A stretch of DNA of 64,000 nucleotides from Candidatus Methylomirabilota bacterium (GTDB lineage: Bacteria > Methylomirabilota > Methylomirabilia > Rokubacteriales > CSP1-6): the NCBI GenBank assembly GCA_046727415.1, contig JBKPCO010000020.1, positions 659-64,658 on the forward strand, written 5' to 3'. Under the pieces are notes generated by a model. That model had not been told where the DNA came from. It was given only the letters and a program-made list of their open reading frames with translations, and did not search any database. Below are positions 18,039 through 26,037 of the stretch, in pieces. A program made the position numbers and the translations under genes. Position 1 is the stretch's first letter. Each line of letters opens with the position of its first letter.

Positions 18039-20401
18039 TCCTTCACGCCTTTCTCGCGCAGGAGCTTCCACACCTTCGCGGGCGTGATCGGAATGTCGAC
18101 GTGGCGCACGCCAAGATGCCAGAGTGCGTCCACCACCGCGTTCGCGATCGCCGCCGGCGCCCCGACGGTGGCCGATTCGCCCACGCCCTTGGCTCCCAGC
18201 GGGTGATGGGGAGACGGCGTGACCGTGTGACCCGTCTCCCACTTCGGAGTCTCGACTGCCGTGGGCAAGAGATAGTCGATGAAGCTGCCGCCGCGGATGT
18301 TGCCGATCTCGTCGTAGGAGATCTCTTCGAAAAGCGCCGGCGCCAGCCCCATGGTGAGACCGCCGTGGACCTGGCCCTGCACGATCATCGGGTTGATGAT
18401 GTTTCCGCAGTCGTCGATGGCAACGAATCGGCGTACCTTCACCTCGCCCGTGCCGGAATCGATGTCGACCACGCAGATGTAGCTGCCGAACGGGTAGGTG
18501 AGGTTCGGCGGATCGTAGTAGCTGACCGCCTCGAGCCCGGCCTCCATGCCCTGCGGGTGATTGGTGTAGGCGGCGAAGGCGATGTCCTGGATGGTCTTCG
18601 ACTTGCCCGGCACGCCCTTGACCGAGAATTTCCCGGGCTCCCACACGAGGTCGTCCTCGGCCACTTCGAGCAGGTAGGCCGCGATCTTCCGAGCCTTGTC
18701 GCGCACCTTTCGGGCGGCGACCGCGGCGGCGGCGCCGGCGACCGGTGTCGATCGGCTCGCGTAGGTGCCGAGACCGTACGGCGCGGTGTCGGTGTCGCCT
18801 TCCTCCACCTGGATGTCGGTGGCCGGAATGCCGAGCTCTTCGGCGAGAATCTGGGCGTAGGTCGTCTCGTGCCCCTGCCCCTGTGACTTCGTGCCGAACC
18901 GGGCGAGGGCCTTGCCGGTCGGGTGCACGCGGATCTCGCAGCTGTCGAACATCTTGAGGCCGAGGATGTCGAAGTGCTTGGACGGGCCGGCGCCGACGAT
19001 CTCGGTGAAGCTCGAGATGCCGATGCCCATCAGCACGCCGCGCTTGCGCTTCTCGGCCTGCTCGCGCCGCAGGTCGGCGTAGCCGATCGTGTCCATCGCC
19101 TTCTTGAGCGCCCCCGCATAGTTGCCGCTGTCGTATTCCCAGCCGAGGGCCGACTTGTAGGGGAACTGCTCCGGCTTGACGAAGTTCTTCATGCGGAAGT
19201 CGGCCGGGTCGACGCCGAGCTGATGAGCCATCAAATCGACCATGCGCTCGATCGTGTGCACGGCCTCGGTCACGCGGAACGAGCAGCGATAAGCGATGCC
19301 GCCAGGCGGTTTGTTGGTGTAGGCGCCGTCCACTTCGATGTGCGCCGACTTCAGGTCATACGAGCCGGTGCACACGTGGAAGAGGCCCGCGGGGAACTTC
19401 GACGGGTTGGCCGCGGCGTCGGCGTAGCCGTGGTCGGCGATCGTCTTGATCCGGAGCGCGGTGAGCGTGCCGTCCTGCCCGGCGGCCAGCTCGGCGCTGA
19501 TGTGGTAGTCGCGGGCGAACGAGTCGGCCTGGAGGTTCTCCATCCGGTCCTCGATCCACTTCACGGGCTTGCCGGTGAGCACCGACGCCGCGACCGCGAT
19601 GACGTAGCCCGGATAGACCGGCACCTTGCCGCCGAAGCCGCCGCCGATATCCGGAGAGATGATCCGGATCTTGTGCTCGGCCAGGCCGACGTGCCCGGCC
19701 ACCAGCGCGAAGACCGTCCGAATCGCGTGCGGCGCCTGGGTCGTCATCCAGACCGTGAGCTTTTCGTTGACCTTGTCGAAGTGCGCGACGCACCCGCAGG
19801 TCTCGATCGACGCCACGTGAATGCGCGGGAGGTAGATGTCTTCCTTGACCGTCACCGCCGCCTCGCTGAAGGCGCGGTCGGTTGCGCCCTTGTCGCCCCA
19901 TTCCCAGTGCCAGATGTGATTGTCCTTCTTGTCTTTCTTGTCGGTGCGCAGCACGGGCGCACCCGGCTCGAGGGCCTTCTTCGGGTCGACGACCACCGGC
20001 AGGGGCTCGTAATCGACCGACACCGCCGCGGCGCCGTCCGCGGCGGCGTAGCGGCTCGTCGCCAGTACCGCCGCCACTTCCTGCGCCTGGTACATCACCT
20101 TCTCGACCGGCAGCACCATCTGCGTATCCGACATGAGGGTCGGCATCCAGTGCAGGTTGTACTTGGCGAGGTCCTCGCCCGTGATGACGGCGAGCACGCC
20201 GGGGACGGCCAGCGCCTTCGTGCTGTCGATCTTCTTGATCTTCGCGTGGGCGTGCGGACTCCGGACGATGTCGAGGTAGAGCATGCCCGGCAGCTGGACG
20301 TCGTCGACGTACGTGCCCTTGCCGCGGATGAAGCGCGGGTCTTCCTTCCGCTTGAGGGAATGCCCCATGCCCCCGACTTCAGGCGAGGTTCTGAGCGCCA
20401 T
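18035..20401 (-). CDS. coxL: aerobic carbon monoxide dehydrogenase large subunit, form I (Mo-Cu)
   Basis: 788 aa molybdopterin hydroxylase. Active-site loop AYRCSFR is encoded at 19274-19294 (GCT TAT CGC TGC TCG TTC CGC). GGAGG lies 6 nt before the ATG at 20401. Gene order is M-S-L. Confidence 0.9.
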   Translation of the reverse strand: MALRTSPEVGGMGHSLKRKEDPRFIRGKGTYVDDVQLPGMLYLDIVRSPHAHAKIKKIDSTKALAVPGVLAVITGEDLAKYNLHWMPTLMSDTQMVLPVEKVMYQAQEVAAVLATSRYAAADGAAAVSVDYEPLPVVVDPKKALEPGAPVLRTDKKDKKDNHIWHWEWGDKGATDRAFSEAAVTVKEDIYLPRIHVASIETCGCVAHFDKVNEKLTVWMTTQAPHAIRTVFALVAGHVGLAEHKIRIISPDIGGGFGGKVPVYPGYVIAVAASVLTGKPVKWIEDRMENLQADSFARDYHISAELAAGQDGTLTALRIKTIADHGYADAAANPSKFPAGLFHVCTGSYDLKSAHIEVDGAYTNKPPGGIAYRCSFRVTEAVHTIERMVDLMAHQLGVDPADFRMKNFVKPEQFPYKSALGWEYDSGNYAGALKKAMDTIGYADLRREQAEKRKRGVLMGIGISSFTEIVGAGPSKHFDILGLKMFDSCEIRVHPTGKALARFGTKSQGQGHETTYAQILAEELGIPATDIQVEEGDTDTAPYGLGTYASRSTPVAGAAAAVAARKVRDKARKIAAYLLEVAEDDLVWEPGKFSVKGVPGKSKTIQDIAFAAYTNHPQGMEAGLEAVSYYDPPNLTYPFGSYICVVDIDSGTGEVKVRRFVAIDDCGNIINPMIVQGQVHGGLTMGLAPALFEEISYDEIGNIRGGSFIDYLLPTAVETPKWETGHTVTPSPHHPLGAKGVGESATVGAPAAIANAVVDALWHLGVRHVDIPITPAKVWKLLREKGVKD

Positions 20402-20434
20402 CACTTGCCTCCTAAGTACGTCCTGTGGCTCGCA

Positions 20435-20896
20435 CTACCGCAGCCTTGCCGCGGCATGCTGAACGGCCTTGACGATGTTCACGTAGCCGGTGCAGCGGCA
20501 GAGGTTGCCCGAGATGGCCCAGCGGATGTCGTCCTCGCTCGGCGAGGGATTCTTCTTGAGGAAAGCGTAGCTGGTCATCAGCATGCCCGGCGTGCAGTAG
20601 CCGCACTGGAGCCCGTGCTCGGCCATGAAGCCCTCTTGCAGCGGGTGGAGCCTGCCGTTTTGCTCCAGCCCCTCGACCGTCATGAGCTCCTTGCCCTGCG
20701 TCTGGACGGCGAACATCGTGCACGACTTCACGGGCCGGCCGTCCATCAAGATCGTGCAGGCGCCGCAGTGGGTCGTGTCGCAGCCGATGTGGGTGCCGGT
20801 CAGCCGCAGCACGTCGCGGAGCATGTGGACGAGCAGGAGCCGAGGCTCGACGTCGGCCTCGTGCTTCTCGCCGTTGATCGAAAGCTTCACGAGCAT
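20435..20896 (-). CDS. coxS: CO dehydrogenase small subunit, [2Fe-2S]-binding
   Basis: 153 aa. [11 protein letters not shown] and CGYCTPG...CRCTGY are the cluster motifs. Confidence 0.9.
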   Translation of the reverse strand: MLVKLSINGEKHEADVEPRLLLVHMLRDVLRLTGTHIGCDTTHCGACTILMDGRPVKSCTMFAVQTQGKELMTVEGLEQNGRLHPLQEGFMAEHGLQCGYCTPGMLMTSYAFLKKNPSPSEDDIRWAISGNLCRCTGYVNIVKAVQHAAARLR

Positions 20897-20910
20897 CGTC
20901 GGCTCTCCTT

Positions 20911-20938
20911 CTACACGCTACCGTCTACACGCTACCGT
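20911..20938. repeat. perfect tandem duplication of a 14-nt unit (ctacacgctaccgt x2) in the coxM-coxS spacer
   Basis: Read directly: 20911-20924 and 20925-20938 are identical. Confidence 0.85.
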
Positions 20939-20945
20939 TGCCGCG

Positions 20946-21815
20946 CTATCGCCGGGCGCGCTCGAGGGCCCGGCGCAGAGCGCGGGCCGTCAGCACACGC
21001 ACGAGATCTTTCTTGTACTCCACCGAGCCGCGCAGGTCGGCGGAGGGCTCGGCCGCCTCGGCGGCGAGCTCGGCCGCCCGCTTGATCGTCGCCTCGTCCG
21101 GTGCCTTGCCCTTCAACGCCGCCTCTGCCTTCGTCGCCTTGATGGACGTGAGGCCCACGTTGGTGAGGCCGATGCCAACCTGATCGCAGGCGCCGTTCGC
21201 GGCGAGCGTGAGCTGCACGGCCACCGCGGCCGTCGCGAAGTCGCCGACCTTGCGCTCGAGCTTCAGGTACGCGCCGCCGCTGCGCGCGGCGGGCTGCGGG
21301 ATCCGGATCTCGACGAGGATTTCGTCGGGCTTCAAGCTGGTCTCGAACGGCCCGGTGAAGAACGATCCGATGGCAATCCGCCGCTCGCCCTTCGTGCCGA
21401 TCGCGACGACCTCGGCGCCGAGCGCCAGCATCGTCGCCGGATGGTCGTTGGCCGGATCGCCATGGGCCAGGTTGCCGCCGACGGTGGCGAGGTTGCGTAC
21501 CACCGGATCGGCGATGACCTTCGAGGTGTCGTGGAGCAGGGGATAGCGCGTCCTCATCAGCTCGGACTCTTCCAGCTCCGATTCGCGCGTGAGCGCTCCG
21601 ATCTTAAGAAAGCCGTCAGCCTCACGGATACCCGACAGACCCGGGATTCCGTTGATGTCGACGACGTGCGCCGGGCTGGCGAGCCGGAGCTTCATCAGGG
21701 GGATGAGGCTCTGGCCTCCCGAGAGGATTTTGGCGTCCTCGCCGAGCCTTGCCAGCAGCGCGGTCGCCTCGCCGATCGTGTTCGGCGCGTGATAATCGAA
21801 CGCGGCAGGAATCAT
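20946..21815 (-). CDS. coxM: CO dehydrogenase medium subunit, FAD-binding
   Basis: 289 aa. MIPAAFDYHAPNTIGEA...ILSGGQSLIPLMKLR is the typical CoxM/XdhB FAD-binding domain. Confidence 0.9.
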   Translation of the reverse strand: MIPAAFDYHAPNTIGEATALLARLGEDAKILSGGQSLIPLMKLRLASPAHVVDINGIPGLSGIREADGFLKIGALTRESELEESELMRTRYPLLHDTSKVIADPVVRNLATVGGNLAHGDPANDHPATMLALGAEVVAIGTKGERRIAIGSFFTGPFETSLKPDEILVEIRIPQPAARSGGAYLKLERKVGDFATAAVAVQLTLAANGACDQVGIGLTNVGLTSIKATKAEAALKGKAPDEATIKRAAELAAEAAEPSADLRGSVEYKKDLVRVLTARALRRALERARR

Positions 21816-21841
21816 CGTCGTGGTCTCCTGCGCAGAGGAAT

Positions 21842-21883
21842 CCTCGACCCGTCGCGGAAGATCCCGCCCGCGACGGATCGAGG
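21842..21883. promoter_or_regulatory. 16-nt-arm inverted repeat (1 mismatch) between the upstream MBL gene and coxM
   Basis: cctcgacccgtcgcgg-N10-ccgcgacggatcgagg. Could be a terminator for the MBL gene or an operator in front of coxMSL. Confidence 0.35.
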
Positions 21884-21899
21884 TTGATCAGCGCTGGGC

Positions 21900-23336
21900 T
21901 CAGCGGCCTATCAGCTTGTTCAGCTCCGTGAGCGAAACAATCCGGCTGTGGAGGGGCACGATTTGATCCACCGTCAGGTTCAACCGCTTGATGTTGTCCG
22001 CCAAACCGACCCAGTTCGAGTTCACCGCTGCGGGGGCCGGCGCATTCGCTGCCGGCGGGTTGAACACGTCGGCCTCGATCAGGAGCTTTTCCTTGGGTAA
22101 GTGAAGCATGATGATGCCGCCGTGATGGTTGTTGTCGGCGACCTGGTGTATATCCACCGTTCGGGCCCCGTCGGTCAGTGTGCGCAGAACCCCCACGCCC
22201 TCGACGGTTGCCTTCTTGCCCGACTTGGCGAGCCGATCGGGGTTCACGGTGGACGGCGCGGCCAGCGATTTCTCCAGGAAGGCCCTGTTCGACTCGGGCG
22301 CGAGGATCGTCAGCGGCTCGGCTGCAACCGCTCGTAGACCGCCGGCGTGATCGAAATGATGATGCGTCGCGACGACGTACTTGATCGGCTTGCTCGAGAG
22401 CTTTTTGACCTCGCCCAGCACGGCGGCGGCCCGGTCCTCGTTCAGCGGGCTCTCCACCACGATGAGGTGATCCTTCATCTCGATCACGACGCTGTGGTGG
22501 GTGCCGCCGGTCAAGTGCCAGACCCCGTCGGCGACCATCTGACTCGCCACCCGGGCGTAGGGCGCGGACGCCTGGAGAATCGGGCCGGGGATCGCGATGT
22601 TCACCGCGGCATTCATCTGGACGTCGGTCACGGTGAGGTCGAGGGCAGGGTAGTCGCCGATCGTTTGCTTGATCTTCATCGGAAACTTCACGCCGGCGAA
22701 GTCCTTGTAGTCGGAATAGTTGATCTCGACACGCATGTCGCCCAGTACCGCATTCGGAACCAGGGCAACCACCTTCTCGACAAGGTTCTGACTGGTGACG
22801 GTTGTCCAGATCCGGAAGCGCCCGGGAATCGCGAAGTAGATCGTGTTGCCCTGGACGGTCGCATTGTTCGCCATCGCCAGTTTGATTACGCCGTGAGGCG
22901 TGGTCCAGAGCTGAAGCTGGCGATCGAGCAGCGCGACCGGCGCGGGAGCCGGCGTGTCGCCCATCACGTTCCAGGCGAAGTCGCCGCGTGCCTGGAGGTC
23001 TTGCCGCTGCTCGCCCTGCATCGGCTGGCCGCCGCCGCCGCGCGCCGGGTTCTCCCCCTGCGTGCGCACCAGCTCGTCGCGGATTGCGGCGGTCTCGTAG
23101 CTCACGGAGCGCGTAGAGCTCTTGACGACGAACCGCGGCCACGGCGTCTCCGGCGCATAGTTCTGTCCCACCGCGAAGTTCACACCACTACCAGAGTACT
23201 GGATCGACTTGACGCTGCCGGCGCCCATCGCCTTCGCGATGAGGGCGAGCGCGGCGCGGTTGTCCTGCGCGGATGCGGCGAGCGGTGAAAGGAGCAGCAG
23301 GACGGCCATCAGGGTCACGGTGATGGGTCGGCGCAT
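21900..23336 (-). CDS. secreted two-domain protein with C-terminal MBL-fold hydrolase
   Basis: 478 aa. Signal peptide MRRPITVTLMAVLLLLSPLAASAQ. VVATHHHFDHAGG motif. The ~250-aa N-terminal domain is unassigned. Confidence 0.75.
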   Translation of the reverse strand: MRRPITVTLMAVLLLLSPLAASAQDNRAALALIAKAMGAGSVKSIQYSGSGVNFAVGQNYAPETPWPRFVVKSSTRSVSYETAAIRDELVRTQGENPARGGGGQPMQGEQRQDLQARGDFAWNVMGDTPAPAPVALLDRQLQLWTTPHGVIKLAMANNATVQGNTIYFAIPGRFRIWTTVTSQNLVEKVVALVPNAVLGDMRVEINYSDYKDFAGVKFPMKIKQTIGDYPALDLTVTDVQMNAAVNIAIPGPILQASAPYARVASQMVADGVWHLTGGTHHSVVIEMKDHLIVVESPLNEDRAAAVLGEVKKLSSKPIKYVVATHHHFDHAGGLRAVAAEPLTILAPESNRAFLEKSLAAPSTVNPDRLAKSGKKATVEGVGVLRTLTDGARTVDIHQVADNNHHGGIIMLHLPKEKLLIEADVFNPPAANAPAPAAVNSNWVGLADNIKRLNLTVDQIVPLHSRIVSLTELNKLIGR

Positions 23337-23467
23337 ACTGACCTCCCGGGACGGTCGGATCGGTGGTCGGGATGCTAGCAGCGCACCCGGCTGGCGTCAA
23401 ACGCCCGAAGCGCGTAGAGTCCCGGGTTGTCGTTCATGTCACCCCGTTACCGTGAAAGGAGCAGACC

Positions 23468-23797
23468 GTGAGTACACAGCCCGTATCGACCGCCCGTGAC
23501 GTGGTCCGCGGGGTCGCGCCGAAGCTCGTCGACCTCAGCGAGAAGGTGCTCTTCGGCGACGTCTGGGAGCGGCCGGGACTCTCCAAGCGCGACCGGAGCT
23601 TCATCACCGTCGCGGCGCTCATCGCCATGTACCGCACCGACCAGCTGCCGGGGCATCTCGAACGCGCGCTGAACAACGGCGTCACGCGCGAGGAGATCGG
23701 CGAGATCATCACCCACCTCGCCTTCTACGCCGGCTGGCCCGCCGCCATGACCGCCGGGACGATCGCCCGCCGTATCTTCGACGGGAGGAAGCCATGA
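23468..23797 (+). CDS. carboxymuconolactone decarboxylase (CMD/AhpD-like) family protein
   Basis: 109 aa. FGDVWERPGLSKRDRSFITVAAL...GVTREEIGEIITHLAFYAGWPAA. GTG start with AAAGGAG upstream. Confidence 0.8.
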   Translation: MSTQPVSTARDVVRGVAPKLVDLSEKVLFGDVWERPGLSKRDRSFITVAALIAMYRTDQLPGHLERALNNGVTREEIGEIITHLAFYAGWPAAMTAGTIARRIFDGRKP

Positions 23798-24735
23798 AAG
23801 TCGGGTTCATCGGAGTCGGCACCATGGGACGCCACATGGCGTCCAATCTGATGAAAGGCGGCTACGAGCTGGTCGTGAACGACGTGCGCCGCGAGGCGGC
23901 GGCGCCTCATCTGAAGGCCGGCGCCACCTGGGCCGACACGCCGCGCGCCGTCGCGGCGGCAACGGAAGTCGTGTTCACCTCGCTGCCGGGGCCCGTCGAA
24001 GTCGAGTCGGTCGCCCTCGGCGAGCAGGGGCTCCTCTCGGGCATGGCGGCCGGCAAGGTCTACTTCGACCTCTCGACCAACTCACCCGCGGTCGTGCGAA
24101 AGATTCACGAGGTGTTCAAGCAGAAGGGTGTCCACATGCTCGACGCGCCCGTGAGCGGCGGCCCGCGCGGCGCCGAGTCGGGCCGGCTCGCCCTCTGGGT
24201 CGGCGGCGACGAGGATCTCTTCAAGCGCTTGAAGCCCGTACTCGACGCAATCGGCGATCAGGCGTACTACGTTGGGCCGATCGGTGCGGGCTCGGTCGCC
24301 AAGCTCGTCCACAACTGCGCCGGTTACATCATGCAGACCGCTCTGGCCGAAGTCTTCACGATGGGCGTCAAGGCGGGCGTCGAGCCCATCGCGCTCTGGA
24401 AGGCCGTGCGCCAGGGCGCCGGCGGTCGGCGCCGGACGTTCGACGGGCTTGCCGACCAGTTCTTGCCCGGTAAGTTCGATCCGCCGGCGTTCGCGCTGCG
24501 CCTGGCCCACAAGGACGTCACGCTGGCCACAGCGCTCGGCCGCGAGCACAAGGTGCCGATGCGCCTGGCCAACATCACGCTCGAGGAGATGACCGAGGCG
24601 CTCAATCGCGGCTGGGCCGAGCGGGACTCGCGCGTGGCGATGCTGCTGCAGGAAGAGCGCGCGGGCGTGCAGATCAAGGTGACGGAGGAAGCGATCAAGG
24701 AAGCGTTGGCGATCGACAAGACGCCTCCGCGCTGA
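23794..24735 (+). CDS. NAD(P)-dependent 3-hydroxyisobutyrate dehydrogenase-family oxidoreductase
   Basis: 313 aa. MKVGFIGVGTMGRHMA dinucleotide fold, DAPVSGG, GAGSVAKLVHN. Overlaps the CMD stop by 4 nt. Confidence 0.85.
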   Translation: MKVGFIGVGTMGRHMASNLMKGGYELVVNDVRREAAAPHLKAGATWADTPRAVAAATEVVFTSLPGPVEVESVALGEQGLLSGMAAGKVYFDLSTNSPAVVRKIHEVFKQKGVHMLDAPVSGGPRGAESGRLALWVGGDEDLFKRLKPVLDAIGDQAYYVGPIGAGSVAKLVHNCAGYIMQTALAEVFTMGVKAGVEPIALWKAVRQGAGGRRRTFDGLADQFLPGKFDPPAFALRLAHKDVTLATALGREHKVPMRLANITLEEMTEALNRGWAERDSRVAMLLQEERAGVQIKVTEEAIKEALAIDKTPPR

Positions 24736-24752
24736 GGCTGCCCTTTGGGGGA

Positions 24753-24781
24753 GGGACGCCCCGGTGTGGCCGGGGCGTCCC
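24753..24781 (+). terminator. perfect 12-bp GC stem-loop 18 nt after the HIBADH-family stop
   Basis: gggacgccccgg-tgtgg-ccggggcgtccc. No U-tract follows. Confidence 0.5.
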
Positions 24782-24858
24782 CGAGCGCGCGTCGCGTCGT
24801 CGATCAGGAAGTCCTCGGACGTAACCCGGGCCCTGGCATCAGCCCCTTCCGTGGGCCG

Positions 24859-24902
24859 TGCGTTCTTACCGAGCGTTGCTGCTCCGACTTGCGTTCTTAC
24901 CG
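24859..24902. repeat. 13-nt direct repeat (tgcgttcttaccg) at 24859-24871 and 24890-24902 in a noncoding lower-GC island
   Basis: Read directly. Further gcgttc-like copies occur at ~25003 and ~25014. Confidence 0.6.
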
Positions 24903-25104
24903 TGTAATTCGTTCAACGCAGGCCCGCGGTACGGGCGTCGAAACCCTCGGTTCTCAGCGGACCACGCCAACATTTTCCATGGCTTCGGCGGATGTCTTCC
25001 ATGCGTTCCGGCAGCGTTCTGTGTTTCGGCACGCGACTTGCCGAACCACGTCAGGTGCTGCCCCGAGACTGGGCTGACATCACGCAAGGCGCGGGAGAGA
25101 TCAG

Positions 25105-25251
25105 ATGGCATTGACGGCTGCCGACGTATTAATCGAGACGATTCACGACTGGGGTGTCGAGGTCGTCTTTGGGCTTCCGGGCTTCTGCGGGGCGAGCCCA
25201 ACCGTCAAAAAATCGCGCTCACCGTGCTCGGTGACCGGATTCGCGAGCTAG
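25105..25251 (+). pseudogene. N-terminal remnant of a thiamine-diphosphate enzyme (pyruvate oxidase/acetolactate synthase family), 48 codons
   Basis: MALTAADVLIETIHDWGVEVVFGLPG is the canonical TPP-enzyme N-terminus, with a GGGAGAGA RBS. It then degenerates (FCGASPTVKKSRSPCSVTGFAS*). Below the ORF-track cutoff. Confidence 0.4.
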
Positions 25252-25281
25252 TGTGAGCGCGCGCGATCAGGAGGATACCGA

Positions 25282-25956
25282 ATGAAATTCCTCAAGACGC
25301 TCGTGATCATGATGCTGGCGGCCGGCTGCGCGGTGCAGTCGTCGGGTCAGGCCGATCGCGGCCAGCCTCAGCCGCAGCCCAGCGCCGGAGCCCCGGCGCC
25401 GTCCAACAAGAAAGTCGATCCGGCCGTCGTCGAGCGGCTGCAGCGCGTGATGATTCCGCTCATGGCAAAGATGAACCGGCCACTCCAGCCCAACCAGGTC
25501 AAGGTCGGGATCATGGACGATCCCCACATCAACGCGGCCAGCGCCGGTGGCGGCGAGTTCTACGTGACGACGGGTCTTCTGGAGAAGGCGAACGACGACC
25601 AGATGCGGGGCGTGCTGGCCCATGAGCTCGCCCACGACGACCTCGGTCACGTCGCGAAGGCGCAGCGGCTCGGCGCCGGGCTCCAGATCGGCGCAATCCT
25701 GCTGGATCAGGCCCTCCCCGGCAGCGGCGCGATCACGCCGATCGCCGGTGAGCTGATCGCGCGCTCCTACAGCCGGAAAGAAGAGTACGCGGCCGATCGC
25801 CACGGCGCCGAGATCCTCCAGAGGGCCGGATATTCCAAGGACGTCATGGTCAACACGCTCTCATGGTTGGAGCAGACCGAGGGCGCCAGCGGCGGCGGCT
25901 TCTTCGCTACGCATCCGGCGACGGGCGATCGGATCGACGCGCTGAAGAAGAGCTAG
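25282..25956 (+). CDS. M48-family zinc metalloprotease lipoprotein
   Basis: 224 aa. Lipobox MLAAGC. HELAHDDLGH is the HExxH motif; the ADRHGAEI region is typical of M48. Confidence 0.8.
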   Translation: MKFLKTLVIMMLAAGCAVQSSGQADRGQPQPQPSAGAPAPSNKKVDPAVVERLQRVMIPLMAKMNRPLQPNQVKVGIMDDPHINAASAGGGEFYVTTGLLEKANDDQMRGVLAHELAHDDLGHVAKAQRLGAGLQIGAILLDQALPGSGAITPIAGELIARSYSRKEEYAADRHGAEILQRAGYSKDVMVNTLSWLEQTEGASGGGFFATHPATGDRIDALKKS

Positions 25957-26037
25957 CCCGGAGAATCCGGCGGTTTCGGCTCCAGCTGGAGTCGGACCGA
26001 CGGGAGCGCGGCGGCATTGCGCCCGCCGCGGCCCCCG

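Noticed and set aside
17088-18644. 518-aa ORF as full-length XdhC
   Set aside because: The first 202 codons overlap coxL out of frame and are His/Arg/Gly-rich. The XdhC homology begins at the TTG that overlaps the coxL stop.
18923-21887. 720-aa and 420-aa plus-strand ORFs over the cox genes
   Set aside because: Antisense shadows of coxL, coxS and coxM.
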